From NCBI RefSeq assembly GCF_001465295.1, contig NZ_CP011034.1, forward strand, positions 780,001 to 812,000: a stretch of 32,000 nt of DNA, read 5' to 3'. Shown piece after piece: positions 17,760-28,341 of this stretch. The notes below the pieces were generated by a model. It searched no databases. It was not told where the DNA came from and saw only the letters and a list, made by a program, of their open reading frames with translations. Made by a program: the position numbers and the translations under genes. The first letter of the stretch is position 1; each line of letters starts with the position of its first letter. The stretch is from Pseudoalteromonas translucida KMM 520. GTDB lineage: Bacteria; Pseudomonadota; Gammaproteobacteria; Enterobacterales; Alteromonadaceae.

Positions 17760-19550
17760 ATGAAGCATATCCGTAATTTTTCGATCATCGCCCACATTGA
17801 CCATGGTAAATCGACCCTTTCAGATCGTTTGATCCAAGTTTGTGGTGGTTTAACCGACCGCGAAATGCAAAAACAGGTTTTGGATTCAATGGATATTGAG
17901 CGCGAACGTGGTATTACCATTAAAGCGCAAAGTGTAACCTTGAATTATAAAGCCAACGACGGCGAAACCTACCAGCTTAACTTTATCGACACCCCAGGGC
18001 ATGTTGATTTTACTTATGAAGTATCACGCTCATTGGCAGCATGTGAAGGTGCGTTACTCGTTGTAGATGCTGGCCAAGGTGTTGAAGCACAAACACTGGC
18101 AAACTGTTACACCGCCCTAGAAATGAACTTAGAAGTAATACCCGTACTTAATAAAATTGATTTACCACAAGCCGATCCGCTTCGCGTGGCTGAAGAAATC
18201 GAAGATATTATTGGTATTGATGCCCTAGATGCAGTGCAATGTAGCGCTAAAACTGGCGTTGGTATTGCCGAAGTACTTGAAATGATAGTTAAAGATGTAC
18301 CACCACCGGTTGGCGATAAAGATGCGCCTCTTCAAGCACTTATAATTGACTCATGGTTTGACCCATACCAAGGTGTTGTATCACTAGTACGTATTAAGCA
18401 CGGTGAACTACGCACCGGCGACAAAATTAAAATCATGTCGAACGATCATGTGCACACAGCCGATCAGGTGGGTGTATTTACACCAAAGCAAACTAACACA
18501 GGTATTTTAAGAACTGGTGAAGTAGGCTTTGTAATTGCTGGAATTAAAGAAATACATGGTGCGCCAGTGGGCGATACCATTACTCATCAAAAAAATGCGG
18601 CACCGTTGCGTTTACCTGGTTTTCAAAAAATTAAACCACAAGTGTATGCGGGTATGTTCCCAATTGCTTCTGATGAATATGAATCGTTTCGTGATGCGCT
18701 TAACAAATTAAGCTTAAACGATGCGTCGTTATTTTTCGAACCAGAGAACTCAACTGCACTTGGTTTTGGTTTTCGTTGTGGCTTTTTAGGCATGCTGCAC
18801 ATGGAAATTATTCAAGAGCGGTTAGAACGTGAATACGATATTGATTTAATCACCACAGCACCAACCGTAATTTACGAAATAGTGACTAAAAAAGACGGTA
18901 CATTCCAAATTGATAACCCGTCTGACTTACCTGCGGTAAACGATATTTTAGAAATTCGCGAGCCGATTGTTGAAGCCAATATTTTAGTGCCTCAAGAGTA
19001 CTTAGGTAATGTTATTACTTTGTGTGTTGATAAACGTGGCATGCAAACAAAAATGACTTACCACGGTAAGCAAGTTGCAATCACGTATGAGCTACCAATG
19101 GCCGAAGTGGTAATGGACTTTTTCGATAAATTAAAGTCTACAAGTCGTGGTTTTGCTTCACTTGATTACACCTTTAAGCATTTTCAAACATCAGACATGG
19201 TACGTGTTGATATTTTAATCAACTCTGAGCGTGTTGATGCACTAGCTATTATTGTACATCGTGATATTGCTCAATCTCGTGGTCGTCAGCTTGCTGATGC
19301 GCTAAAAGAGCTAATTCCACGTCAAATGTTTGATATTGCGATTCAGGCAGCTATTGGCGGACATGTTATTGCCCGTACTACGATAAAACAGATGCGTAAA
19401 AACGTAATTGCTAAGTGTTACGGTGGTGACGTGAGTCGTAAGAAAAAGCTACTTAAAAAGCAAAAAGATGGTAAAAAACGTATGAAACAAGTAGGTAACG
19501 TTGAAGTGCCTCAAGAAGCGTTTTTAGCTATTTTAAAAGTTGGTAAATAA
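17760..19550 (+). CDS. lepA: Translation elongation factor 4 (LepA)
   Basis: The 596-aa protein has the GTPase motifs [19 protein letters not shown] and NKID. The conserved LepA C-terminal region is present. Confidence 0.97.
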   Translation: MKHIRNFSIIAHIDHGKSTLSDRLIQVCGGLTDREMQKQVLDSMDIERERGITIKAQSVTLNYKANDGETYQLNFIDTPGHVDFTYEVSRSLAACEGALLVVDAGQGVEAQTLANCYTALEMNLEVIPVLNKIDLPQADPLRVAEEIEDIIGIDALDAVQCSAKTGVGIAEVLEMIVKDVPPPVGDKDAPLQALIIDSWFDPYQGVVSLVRIKHGELRTGDKIKIMSNDHVHTADQVGVFTPKQTNTGILRTGEVGFVIAGIKEIHGAPVGDTITHQKNAAPLRLPGFQKIKPQVYAGMFPIASDEYESFRDALNKLSLNDASLFFEPENSTALGFGFRCGFLGMLHMEIIQERLEREYDIDLITTAPTVIYEIVTKKDGTFQIDNPSDLPAVNDILEIREPIVEANILVPQEYLGNVITLCVDKRGMQTKMTYHGKQVAITYELPMAEVVMDFFDKLKSTSRGFASLDYTFKHFQTSDMVRVDILINSERVDALAIIVHRDIAQSRGRQLADALKELIPRQMFDIAIQAAIGGHVIARTTIKQMRKNVIAKCYGGDVSRKKKLLKKQKDGKKRMKQVGNVEVPQEAFLAILKVGK

Positions 19551-19566
19551 AAACAAAGGATTTTAA

Positions 19567-20502
19567 ATGGCTGGCTATTTTTCAGTTTTATTGGTGCTAT
19601 TAACCTTAGGCTCAGGTTTAATATGGTTAATAGACCACTTAATGTTTGCGCCAAAACGAAACGCGCATTTGGCTATGGCAGAGGCTTCTGCAGGTGGTAA
19701 ATTAGATGAAGAAACTGCCGCATTAATTGCACCAGAGCCTATGCTTACAGAAACAGCAAAGTCGATTTTTCCGATGATTGCTGCTATCACTATATTTAGA
19801 TCGTTTATGTTTGAACCGTTTCAAATACCTTCTGGTTCAATGATGCCTACTTTATTAGTAGGAGATTTTATTTTAGTGCAAAAGTATTCGTACGGGATTA
19901 AAGATCCAGTATGGCGCAGTCAATTAGTTGATGTAGGTGAGCCTGAGCGTGGTGATATTATTGTTTTTAAATATCCGCTAGACGAAAAGGTCGATTTTAT
20001 TAAACGCACAATAGGCTTGCCTGGCGATAAAATAGTTTATCGTGATAAGCGTTTATATATTCAACCAAATTGTAAAGCAGGTGAAACCCAGCAGGGTGAG
20101 CTGCTTTGTAATGAATTTAATAAAATTGATTTTAAATTAATAAATGATGACGAATTTAAGCAAGGCTCAATGGCATTAGCGCGTTTAAATGAAAACTTAA
20201 CTACGCTAAGTCATGATATTTTAATTAACCCTCAGGCGCCTGAACGTAAAGGGCGTTATTATCAGCAACCGGGTACACCTACCGATGAATGGGTTGTTCC
20301 TGCTGATCATTATTTTATGATGGGTGATAATCGCGATAACAGCCAAGATAGTCGCTTTTGGGGTTTTGTGCCAAAAGAAAACTTGGTGGGTAAAGCTGTC
20401 TTTATATGGATGAGTTTTGAATTTGATAATGGCCCAGATGACATTTTACCAGGATGGGTTCCAACTGGTGTTCGTTTTGAACGCCTAGGTAATATTCAAT
20501 AG
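19567..20502 (+). CDS. lepB: Signal peptidase I (LepB)
   Basis: The 311-aa protein has the catalytic Ser box [10 protein letters not shown], the Lys box ([11 protein letters not shown]) and the [16 protein letters not shown] box. Confidence 0.95.
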   Translation: MAGYFSVLLVLLTLGSGLIWLIDHLMFAPKRNAHLAMAEASAGGKLDEETAALIAPEPMLTETAKSIFPMIAAITIFRSFMFEPFQIPSGSMMPTLLVGDFILVQKYSYGIKDPVWRSQLVDVGEPERGDIIVFKYPLDEKVDFIKRTIGLPGDKIVYRDKRLYIQPNCKAGETQQGELLCNEFNKIDFKLINDDEFKQGSMALARLNENLTTLSHDILINPQAPERKGRYYQQPGTPTDEWVVPADHYFMMGDNRDNSQDSRFWGFVPKENLVGKAVFIWMSFEFDNGPDDILPGWVPTGVRFERLGNIQ

Positions 20503-20504
20503 CA

Positions 20505-21182
20505 ATGAAAAAAAATGTAACAGAACTATACAAAACAATAGACTACATATTTGCAGATCAAGGCTTGCTTGAGCAAGCAATGACGCATCGTAGTCATAAA
20601 GGTCAGCATAACGAGCGTCTAGAATTTTTAGGTGATTCAATTTTAAGCTTTGTGATTGCAAATGCGCTGTATGCTAAATTTCCTAAAGCGCGTGAAGGCG
20701 ACTTAAGCCGTATGCGCTCTACCTTAGTGCGTGGTCAAACATTGGCTGAGTTTGGCTTAGAGTTTGGCTTAGGAGATTATTTACGCTTAGGTCCAGGCGA
20801 GCTAAAAAGCGGCGGCTTTCGTCGTGAGTCAACACTTGCCGATGCCGTAGAGGCGATTATTGGCGCTGTGTTTTTAGATTCGGATATTGAACGCTGTGGC
20901 GAATTAATTTTATCTTGGTATGAAGAGCGTTTAAATGCTATTTCACCAGGGCTTAATCAAAAAGATCCTAAGACCCTGCTGCAAGAGCATTTGCAAGCTC
21001 GTAAACTATCGTTACCGGGCTATACAGTTGTTGATACAAAAGGCCAGGCACACAATCAAACATTCACGGTTGAATGTATTGTTGATGGCATGGATAGCAT
21101 TATTTCTGTTGGTAGCTCGCGTCGTAAAGCCGAACAAAAAGCTGCTGAAAAAGCATTGAAGATACTTAAAAATGAACCTTGA
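20505..21182 (+). CDS. rnc: Ribonuclease III
   Basis: The 225-aa protein has the RNase III signature [11 protein letters not shown] and a C-terminal dsRBD (HNQTFTVEC ... [16 protein letters not shown]). The ATG lies only 2 nt after the lepB stop. Confidence 0.95.
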   Translation: MKKNVTELYKTIDYIFADQGLLEQAMTHRSHKGQHNERLEFLGDSILSFVIANALYAKFPKAREGDLSRMRSTLVRGQTLAEFGLEFGLGDYLRLGPGELKSGGFRRESTLADAVEAIIGAVFLDSDIERCGELILSWYEERLNAISPGLNQKDPKTLLQEHLQARKLSLPGYTVVDTKGQAHNQTFTVECIVDGMDSIISVGSSRRKAEQKAAEKALKILKNEP

Positions 21183-22104
21183 TACCTTAATACAACCACA
21201 CGATGGCGATATAGATACGTTTTGCGGCATGGTCGCAATAGTAGGGCGCCCTAACGTAGGTAAATCTACTTTACTTAATAAAATTATTGAGCAAAAGGTT
21301 AGTATTACCTCACGTAAGCCACAAACCACACGCCACCGTATTATGGGTATTCATACCGAAGGTAAGCATCAAGCTGTTTACGTTGATACACCAGGCCTAC
21401 ACGTTGAAGAAAAACGTGCTATTAACCGCTTAATGAACCGTGCAGCATCAAGTTCAATTGGTGATGTAGAGCTTATTATATTTGTGGTTGAAGGCACTCA
21501 CTGGAATGCCGATGACGACATGGTACTTAACAAAGTATCGCAAAGTGGTAAGCCGGTATTATTGGTGATCAATAAAATAGACTTAGTAAAAGATCGCGAC
21601 CTAGTGCTGCCTCATATGAAGTGGTTAGGCGACAAGTTTGACTTTATTGGTATTATGCCAGTATCGGCTGAGCAAGGTAAAAATATTGACTTGATCAAAG
21701 CAGAAGTAACTAAACGCCTTCAGCCAAGTGAATTTTACTTTCCAGAAGACTACGTAACTGACCGTTCAATGCGCTTTATGGCAGCAGAAACCATTCGTGA
21801 AAAGTTAATGCGCTTTATGGGCGAAGAGCTTCCGTATTCTGTTACTGTTGAAATAGAGCAGTTTAAATGGCAAGAAAACGGTATTTGGCATATCAATGGT
21901 TTAATACTGGTTGAGCGCGAAACTCAAAAGCGCATGGTAATTGGTAATAAAGGCGAAAAGCTAAAAACCATTGGTCGCGAAGCACGAAAAGATCTTGAAG
22001 AAATGCTTGATAACAAAGTGTTTTTAGAGCTTTGGGTTAAAGTTAAATCGGGTTGGGCTGACGACGAGCGCGCACTAAGAAGCCTAGGTTATGGTGAAGA
22101 CTAA
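21172..22104 (+). CDS. era: GTPase Era
   Basis: The 310-aa protein has the G1 motif GRPNVGKST, the G3 motif DTPG, the G4 motif NKID and a C-terminal KH domain. The start overlaps the rnc 3' end by 11 nt. The next in-frame Met would remove residues just before G1, so 21172 is favoured. Confidence 0.93.
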   Translation: MNLDTLIQPHDGDIDTFCGMVAIVGRPNVGKSTLLNKIIEQKVSITSRKPQTTRHRIMGIHTEGKHQAVYVDTPGLHVEEKRAINRLMNRAASSSIGDVELIIFVVEGTHWNADDDMVLNKVSQSGKPVLLVINKIDLVKDRDLVLPHMKWLGDKFDFIGIMPVSAEQGKNIDLIKAEVTKRLQPSEFYFPEDYVTDRSMRFMAAETIREKLMRFMGEELPYSVTVEIEQFKWQENGIWHINGLILVERETQKRMVIGNKGEKLKTIGREARKDLEEMLDNKVFLELWVKVKSGWADDERALRSLGYGED

Positions 22105-22126
22105 TAATCTGCTAGCAGCTTAAATT

Positions 22127-22819
22127 ATGGATAGCGACTTCTACAGAGCGTATTTATTACATCGGCGTCCTTATAGTGACTCCCAAGTAATGCTTGATAT
22201 GCTAGTAGAAGGCGTTGGCCAACTTAGAATGCTAGCCCGTATTAGTGGCCGCCAGGCCACTAAACATAAAGCGCAATTACAACCTTTCCAAGCCTTGTTG
22301 GTACATTACAACGGCAAGTACGATTTAAAATACATCAACAAATTTGAACTGCACGGAACGCCACTTTTTTTAAAAGGTGATGAGCTTTATTGTGGCTTTT
22401 ATTTAAATGAATTAACTAATCGAATTGTGCCAATTAATGAACCGATTGATCAGGTTTTTCAGCTTTATAATACGCACTTAAAAAACCTTAATAGCGGCGC
22501 TAATTTACAAGCCGTGCTACGTTCTTACGAATTTCAACTATTAGAACTACTAGGTTATGGCGTCGACTTTAGTTTTGACGCCAGCGGTGAACCCATAGAT
22601 GAAAAGCGAACGTATAGCTATTTTGCAGAAGTTGGCTTTTTAGTACAAGACGATCCGCGTTCTGGATTTAGCGGTATACAACTTAATGCCATAGCAAATC
22701 ATGACTTTAGCCAAGCAGATGTGCTATATATGGCAAAACAATTAAGCCGCTACTTATTAAAGCCATTGCTTGGTAATAAACCATTAAAAAGTCGTGAGTT
22801 ATTTGCGGCCTCTCAATAA
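22127..22819 (+). CDS. recO: DNA repair protein RecO
   Basis: The 230-aa protein has a RecO-like N-terminal OB region ([19 protein letters not shown]). Its position after era is conserved. Confidence 0.88.
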   Translation: MDSDFYRAYLLHRRPYSDSQVMLDMLVEGVGQLRMLARISGRQATKHKAQLQPFQALLVHYNGKYDLKYINKFELHGTPLFLKGDELYCGFYLNELTNRIVPINEPIDQVFQLYNTHLKNLNSGANLQAVLRSYEFQLLELLGYGVDFSFDASGEPIDEKRTYSYFAEVGFLVQDDPRSGFSGIQLNAIANHDFSQADVLYMAKQLSRYLLKPLLGNKPLKSRELFAASQ

Positions 22820-22841
22820 ACGTAATTTTACAGGTAAAATA

Positions 22842-23573
22842 ATGAAAGATATTCTTTTGGGTGTAAACGTTGATCATATTGCAACACTTCGCCAAGCACG
22901 TGGCACTAGCTACCCTGATCCAGCACATGCAGCAAGTGTAGCTGAGCATGCAGGAGCCGACGGCATCACTATTCATTTACGTGAAGATCGCCGTCATATT
23001 CAAGACCGTGACGTGTATGTAATGGCTAAAACCATTCAAACACGAATGAACCTTGAAACAGCCGTAACCGATGAAATGATCAATATTGCACTTGAGGTAA
23101 AACCTGAATACGTATGCTTAGTGCCAGAAAAGCGCGAAGAGCTAACCACTGAAGGCGGGCTAGATGTGGCGGGTAATCTTGAAAAAATTACCGCAGCAAC
23201 AAAAACCTTGAGCGACGCGGGTATTAAAGTCTCGTTATTTATAGATGCCGATAAAGCGCAGCTAGATGCAGCTAAAGCAACGGGCGCTCCGTATGTTGAA
23301 ATTCATACCGGTGCTTACGCTGATGCCACAACCGATGAGGCAATAAGCAAAGAGCTTGAACATATTCGCCAAGGTGTTAAATATGCAGCCAGTATTGGCT
23401 TAATTGTCAATGCGGGCCATGGTTTGCATTACCATAATGTAAAACCAATTGCCGCAATGGAAGAGATTTATGAGCTTAATATTGGTCACGCTATTATTGC
23501 GCGTGCCGCTATTGATGGGCTAGATAAAGCCGTACGCGATATGAAACGCTTAATGCTTGAAGCGCGTGCCTAA
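22842..23573 (+). CDS. pdxJ: Pyridoxine 5'-phosphate synthase PdxJ
   Basis: The track ORF starts at 22794 and overlaps recO. I prefer the ATG at 22842 ([21 protein letters not shown]), which gives 243 aa and the canonical PdxJ N-terminus. Other motifs are [12 protein letters not shown] and LNIGHAII. Confidence 0.95.
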   Translation: MKDILLGVNVDHIATLRQARGTSYPDPAHAASVAEHAGADGITIHLREDRRHIQDRDVYVMAKTIQTRMNLETAVTDEMINIALEVKPEYVCLVPEKREELTTEGGLDVAGNLEKITAATKTLSDAGIKVSLFIDADKAQLDAAKATGAPYVEIHTGAYADATTDEAISKELEHIRQGVKYAASIGLIVNAGHGLHYHNVKPIAAMEEIYELNIGHAIIARAAIDGLDKAVRDMKRLMLEARA

Positions 23574-23605
23574 GGCATCGCTCTCACTGTTTAAATAAGC
23601 TACTT

Positions 23606-23655
23606 GAAGCTTCCTTGCCACTTAGTACTATTAGGTGCATGAAGCTTCGGGTTTT
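23606..23655. terminator. Long imperfect hairpin closed by two copies of the palindrome GAAGCTTC, followed by GGGTTTT; probable terminator in the convergent pdxJ/VOC spacer
   Basis: GAAGCTTC at 23606-23613 can pair with GAAGCTTC at 23641-23648. Inside the loop, CACTTAGTA and TATTAGGTG can pair with two G-U wobbles. GGGTTTT follows on the plus strand, and a T-rich stretch follows on the minus strand. This was folded by eye only. Confidence 0.4.
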
Positions 23656-23717
23656 GAGTCCCGCTGTTATGTAAGTTACCAATTAGCTTGGGTGAGTATC
23701 ATTAAAGCCAGTAAAAG

Positions 23718-24086
23718 TTAAGAATACACTGCTAAAATAGCGCCACTTGGATCGCGAATTATAAAATAGCTTTCGCCACCATATTCAGTTGGCCCCTTAA
23801 TAATTTCACCTCCTAACTCCAGCGTTTTTTGTGCGCTAAGTTGAGCGTTTTCTACGCGAACATACATTAACCACTGCGCTGGTAAATCGGCGTTATCGCC
23901 CTTTGCATGGCAAATGCCTGCTATTGTCCCTTGTGCGTTATTCATATTAAAATCATTGTAACTGCCCATATCTACAGGCTCTTTTTGCCAACCAACAACG
24001 TGTGTATAAAAGTCGCTAATTTGCTGTGCATCAGCCACAGTAAGATCGCGCCACTCAATACTACCAATTACTTTGTTATTGCTCAT
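23718..24086 (-). CDS. VOC (glyoxalase/bleomycin-resistance/dioxygenase) family protein
   Basis: The 122-aa single-domain protein has a VOC-like pattern (IEWRDLTVADAQQISDFYTHVVGW ... YFIIRDPSGAILAVY). Confidence 0.8.
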   Translation of the reverse strand: MSNNKVIGSIEWRDLTVADAQQISDFYTHVVGWQKEPVDMGSYNDFNMNNAQGTIAGICHAKGDNADLPAQWLMYVRVENAQLSAQKTLELGGEIIKGPTEYGGESYFIIRDPSGAILAVYS

Positions 24087-24148
24087 AAAGTCTCTTCCTA
24101 TTTATTGTACTGATGGCGCAATAGCTATCGTTTTATAGTTTTGAGCCT

Positions 24149-26905
24149 TTAATTTTTAGCATCAAGTAGTAAGTTTTCTAGCTCGTCTTGTAGTTCAAAT
24201 AACTCAGGTTCAATAGTGGCTAATACGCAGTTACTTTTTAACGCGGTTTCGATTGTTTCGGCCAGCGACTTTAATTTAGGAACGCCAGTGTAGCAACACG
24301 CCCCATGTAACTTATGAATAATGCTCAGTACTTGTTTGCAGTCTTCATCGGCAATAGCTTGCGCTAATAAGCTAAGTGTTTCGGGCACGCTGAGAAGTAA
24401 CATATTGAGCATTTCTAATGCCAGTTCACTTTTACCGCCTGCATGTTGCAGTGCTATGCCCCAATCAAGGCGCACACTCTTAAAGGGGGGCGGGCTTTGT
24501 GGCATATTTTTTAGTTTATCGCGGCTAACCGGTAGTTGTGGGCTATGATCGCAAATAATTTGATTAAGCATATCCTCATCAATCGGTTTAGTTAAATAGC
24601 CTTCAAAACCGTCTTTTAATAGCTGCTCTTTTTCGCTGTGAAGCGCATGTGCGGTTACGGCAATGATGGGCGTATCTTCGTTTAGCGACGATTCTTTAAT
24701 TAGCTTACAGGCAGTAATACCATCCATAATTGGCATTTGTATGTCCATAAATATTACGTCGTACTTGTGGCTTTTACTCAAACTGTAAGCTTGCGAGCCA
24801 TTGTGTGCTGTGTCTATTAGCTCAACCTGCTCATTAAGTAAGGTATAAATTAATTTTAAGTTAGCGTCATTATCGTCAACTACTAATACTTTTAACGGTA
24901 AGAGTGTTTGCTCATTTTGTTCAATATTGTGCACGGGGTGATCTAATCGATACGGCGCGGCAAGTAGTTCACACAATTTACGATGGTTAAGTGGTTTACT
25001 TAAGCAGGCATCAGCGCCGCTGCCAATAAAGGCTTCACGCATACTATGCGATACAGTGTTAAGCATTAAATATAAATAGTCGGTTGATTCACGCACCGCT
25101 TTTACATGGCTTTTTAGGCGTTGCATATCGTTAACCGAGGCCATATCACCAATGATACAAATATCATATTGCTGTTCTTTATTGGCGATTGCAGCTAAAA
25201 ATTCCGCGTCGCTAAAGCAGCCGGTCACACTTATTTGCCATTCGTTAAGCAAAGATAAAACAGCATGATGGGTGTGCTCGTGTGGCTCTAAATATAAAAC
25301 ATGCTTACCGAGCAAAGATTTAGTTGGCAAGTCACTGGCAAACACATGATTAGGTAATCTAAATACGCCATTAAAGGTAAAGCAGGTGCCATTACCAGGG
25401 GCTGAGTTAAGTGTAATTTTACCACTCATGGCCTCTACAATATGCTTGGTAATAATAAGTCCCAAGCCAGTGCCACCAAATTTACGGGTAATACTAGAAT
25501 CAGCCTGGCCAAAGGCGGTAAATAATGCATCTTGTTTATCAACAGGAATACCTACGCCGGTATCGGCCACTGAAACTAAAACCGAGGTGCGCTCTTCATC
25601 GAGTAGTCTATGGCTAATATCGACTTTTATAGCGCCTTTTTCGGTAAACTTAATGGCGTTACTTAATAAATTAATTAAAACTTGTTTTAATCGCGTAGGG
25701 TCGCCGGTTAGGTGATCGGGCACTTGCGGGCTAATATAAATAGACAGCTCAAGTTGCTTGTCATGGGCGCTTGGGGCTAACAGCGTCATTACTTCGTTAA
25801 CGGTATCGCGCAACTGAAACTGAATAGACTCAAGTTCCATAGCGCCCGCTTCTAATTTTGAAAAATCTAATATATCGCTAATAATGGTCATTAAACTATT
25901 AGCCGACAGTTCAATGGTATCTAAGTAATCTTTTTGGTTTTTATTTAATGGCGTTTTATGCAGCTGACGCGTAAAACCAATCACGCCATTTAAAGGGGTG
26001 CGTAGCTCATGACTCATTTTTGCCAAAAAGTCAGATTTAACCCGGTTGGCATCTTGGGCTTCTTTTTTTGCCATAGTGAGCTGAATATTTTGCGTTTCGT
26101 ACTGCTCTAGAGTTTCGCGGTAATCACTGGTGGCTTGATCAATGTTTTTTTGCATTTCATCTTTTTGCATCACCATAGAGTAAGAAATAGTATTTAACCC
26201 TTCGCGGAGCAACTCAAACTCACCAACCATAGATTCGTTTAAACCAGTTTCTCTTTTACCTTCCACGAGCCTATCGGTTGCCAATACTAATTTATTAAGA
26301 GGACTCATAAACATATGGCTAAGTTTAAGTGCTAAAATAGCGGCCAGTACTAGGGCTAGTATAATAACAATACCACTGACCAGTAAGGCTCTTTGCTGGC
26401 CAATAACTGCTTGATCTTTATTTAACTGTAATACCACAGTTCCTAGTGAGGTTTGAAATATCGATTTATCCCATTTTGTATCAGGACTTGTGTGATTAAT
26501 AATGGGTGTAAAAAAGGTAATTAAATCATCTGTTTTATGAACTTGAGTGGCATTAAGGTTATTTAGTTGCTCGTTGTTGAGCAAGTCATCAAACAAGCGA
26601 TGATAGTTACTGGTTATTATGAGCTTATTATTGTCGTCAAATAATGCAATCGCTTTTACTACCGGGGAGTGCTTATTGTGGGTATAGCTAATAACACGAT
26701 TTAGTAGCTGTTTGTTTTTTTCAAGTAATGGTTGCTCAAGCGCAATAGCAAGGGGCTCTGAAATAGTAGTCCCTTGTTGATATAAAATTTCATCAAGCTC
26801 AATGTAACGATTTATTGTAAAATAACCACCGAGTAACAATCCAATGATCACCGTGGGGATCAGAGTGAGTGTTAAAACAGAATCGCGTAAGCCTAATTTA
26901 GTCAT
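24149..26905 (-). CDS. barA: Hybrid sensor histidine kinase BarA (GacS family)
   Basis: The 918-aa protein has two TM helices flanking a periplasmic loop, then HAMP. It has the H-box SHELRTPLNG, the ATPase G-boxes DTGVGI and GGTGLGL, a receiver domain (VLVVDDNDANL ... DVIFMDIQMPIMDG) and a C-terminal HPt domain (HKLHGACCYTGVPKL). It neighbours rlmD-relA, as in E. coli. Confidence 0.9.
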   Translation of the reverse strand: MTKLGLRDSVLTLTLIPTVIIGLLLGGYFTINRYIELDEILYQQGTTISEPLAIALEQPLLEKNKQLLNRVISYTHNKHSPVVKAIALFDDNNKLIITSNYHRLFDDLLNNEQLNNLNATQVHKTDDLITFFTPIINHTSPDTKWDKSIFQTSLGTVVLQLNKDQAVIGQQRALLVSGIVIILALVLAAILALKLSHMFMSPLNKLVLATDRLVEGKRETGLNESMVGEFELLREGLNTISYSMVMQKDEMQKNIDQATSDYRETLEQYETQNIQLTMAKKEAQDANRVKSDFLAKMSHELRTPLNGVIGFTRQLHKTPLNKNQKDYLDTIELSANSLMTIISDILDFSKLEAGAMELESIQFQLRDTVNEVMTLLAPSAHDKQLELSIYISPQVPDHLTGDPTRLKQVLINLLSNAIKFTEKGAIKVDISHRLLDEERTSVLVSVADTGVGIPVDKQDALFTAFGQADSSITRKFGGTGLGLIITKHIVEAMSGKITLNSAPGNGTCFTFNGVFRLPNHVFASDLPTKSLLGKHVLYLEPHEHTHHAVLSLLNEWQISVTGCFSDAEFLAAIANKEQQYDICIIGDMASVNDMQRLKSHVKAVRESTDYLYLMLNTVSHSMREAFIGSGADACLSKPLNHRKLCELLAAPYRLDHPVHNIEQNEQTLLPLKVLVVDDNDANLKLIYTLLNEQVELIDTAHNGSQAYSLSKSHKYDVIFMDIQMPIMDGITACKLIKESSLNEDTPIIAVTAHALHSEKEQLLKDGFEGYLTKPIDEDMLNQIICDHSPQLPVSRDKLKNMPQSPPPFKSVRLDWGIALQHAGGKSELALEMLNMLLLSVPETLSLLAQAIADEDCKQVLSIIHKLHGACCYTGVPKLKSLAETIETALKSNCVLATIEPELFELQDELENLLLDAKN

Positions 26906-27007
26906 ATTGGGAGCGTTATTATTGTTATCAGCATGCTCAGAGTATATACGGATAATGAGGTATTCTGCAATTGGAGTCGATTCATCAAATGTTTAAGGTA
27001 ATGCCTA

Positions 27008-28333
27008 ATGGCGCAAATATTTAAAGCAACAAAAAAACCGCTAAAACAACAGTCTTTAGTGCTCGATATCACCGCCATGGATCACCATGGCCGCGGCATA
27101 GCGAAACATAATAATAAAGTGTGCTTTGTAAGTAATGCTTTGCCAAACGAGCAAGTAAAAGCCACCATTGTTGCCGACAAAGCGCGTTACAGCGAAGCGC
27201 AAACACATAAAGTATTACAGGCGAGTGAATATCGCGTAGCGCCGTTTTGTGAGCATTATAATCAATGTGGTGGGTGTCAGTTGCAGCATTTAGATAGCGG
27301 CCAACAGGTAGTCGAAAAGCAAATAGCGGTGAGCAAATTATTTGAAAAATTTGCCAAGCTAGATGAATTAAACTGGCAAGCCCCCTTATTAAGTAAAGCC
27401 ACTCATTACAGACGAAGTGCTCGTTTAGCGGTAATGTTTGATAAAACAGCAAAAAAAATGCGTGTAGGCTATAGAGCAAGTGGCTCTAAAAGTATTATTA
27501 GTATTAATGAATGCCCAGTACTAAGTGAAGTATTTGCAAATGTATTTACTGTATTTGATAACTTAATTAATCAACACAAGGCACTGCATTGTGTATCTCA
27601 CTTGCAATTGTGCCAAGGCGATGAGCAAAACTTTGTTATTATTCGCCACACAAAACCTATTCCAGAGAGTATAAAAGCACTGGTATCGCAAAGCGCCGCT
27701 GAGCAACAATGGCAGCTAGTGTGGCAAAGCGAAAGTGAAGTGATTGAACACTCACATTTAGCCATGCCATTTTATGCACTTGAAGAGTTAGGGTTAAAGT
27801 TTGAGTTTGGCTTAAATAACTTTATCCAAGTTAATGCTAGCGTTAATCAAGCAATGCTTAAACAAGCCCAAAATTGGCTGGCACTAAAAGGCGACGAAAA
27901 CGTATTAGATTTATTTTGTGGTATTGGTAACTTTTCATTAGTGCTGGCAAAACAAGCAAAAACAGTAATTGGTGTAGAAGGGGTTGCTTCAGCGGTTGCA
28001 ATGGCAACGCAAAATGCGCACACTAACTTAATCGCTAATGCTCAATTTAATTGCTTTGATTTAACAAATAAAATTGAAACGGCTTCGTGGTTTAATAAAA
28101 ATTTAGATGTACTGGTGCTAGACCCCTCACGTACTGGGGCAATAACCGTATTAGAACAACTTCCTTTAAAGCAGTTTAAAACTATTTTATACGTCTCATG
28201 CGACCCTGTTACTTTAGCCCGTGACAGCGCTATTATTTCGCAAGCAGGCTTTGAACTGCATAAAATTGGGCTAATGAATATGTTTCCGCACACCGGGCAT
28301 ATTGAAACTATGGCGTTATTTCAACGGAGGTAA
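27008..28333 (+). CDS. rlmD: 23S rRNA (uracil1939-C5)-methyltransferase RlmD (RumA)
   Basis: The 441-aa protein has an N-terminal TRAM-like domain and the Fe-S Cys cluster CEHYNQCGGCQLQH plus NECPV. It has the SAM-binding motif LDLFCGIGNFSL and the catalytic region YVSCDPVTLARD. Confidence 0.9.
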   Translation: MAQIFKATKKPLKQQSLVLDITAMDHHGRGIAKHNNKVCFVSNALPNEQVKATIVADKARYSEAQTHKVLQASEYRVAPFCEHYNQCGGCQLQHLDSGQQVVEKQIAVSKLFEKFAKLDELNWQAPLLSKATHYRRSARLAVMFDKTAKKMRVGYRASGSKSIISINECPVLSEVFANVFTVFDNLINQHKALHCVSHLQLCQGDEQNFVIIRHTKPIPESIKALVSQSAAEQQWQLVWQSESEVIEHSHLAMPFYALEELGLKFEFGLNNFIQVNASVNQAMLKQAQNWLALKGDENVLDLFCGIGNFSLVLAKQAKTVIGVEGVASAVAMATQNAHTNLIANAQFNCFDLTNKIETASWFNKNLDVLVLDPSRTGAITVLEQLPLKQFKTILYVSCDPVTLARDSAIISQAGFELHKIGLMNMFPHTGHIETMALFQRR

Positions 28334-28341
28334 AGCGCATT

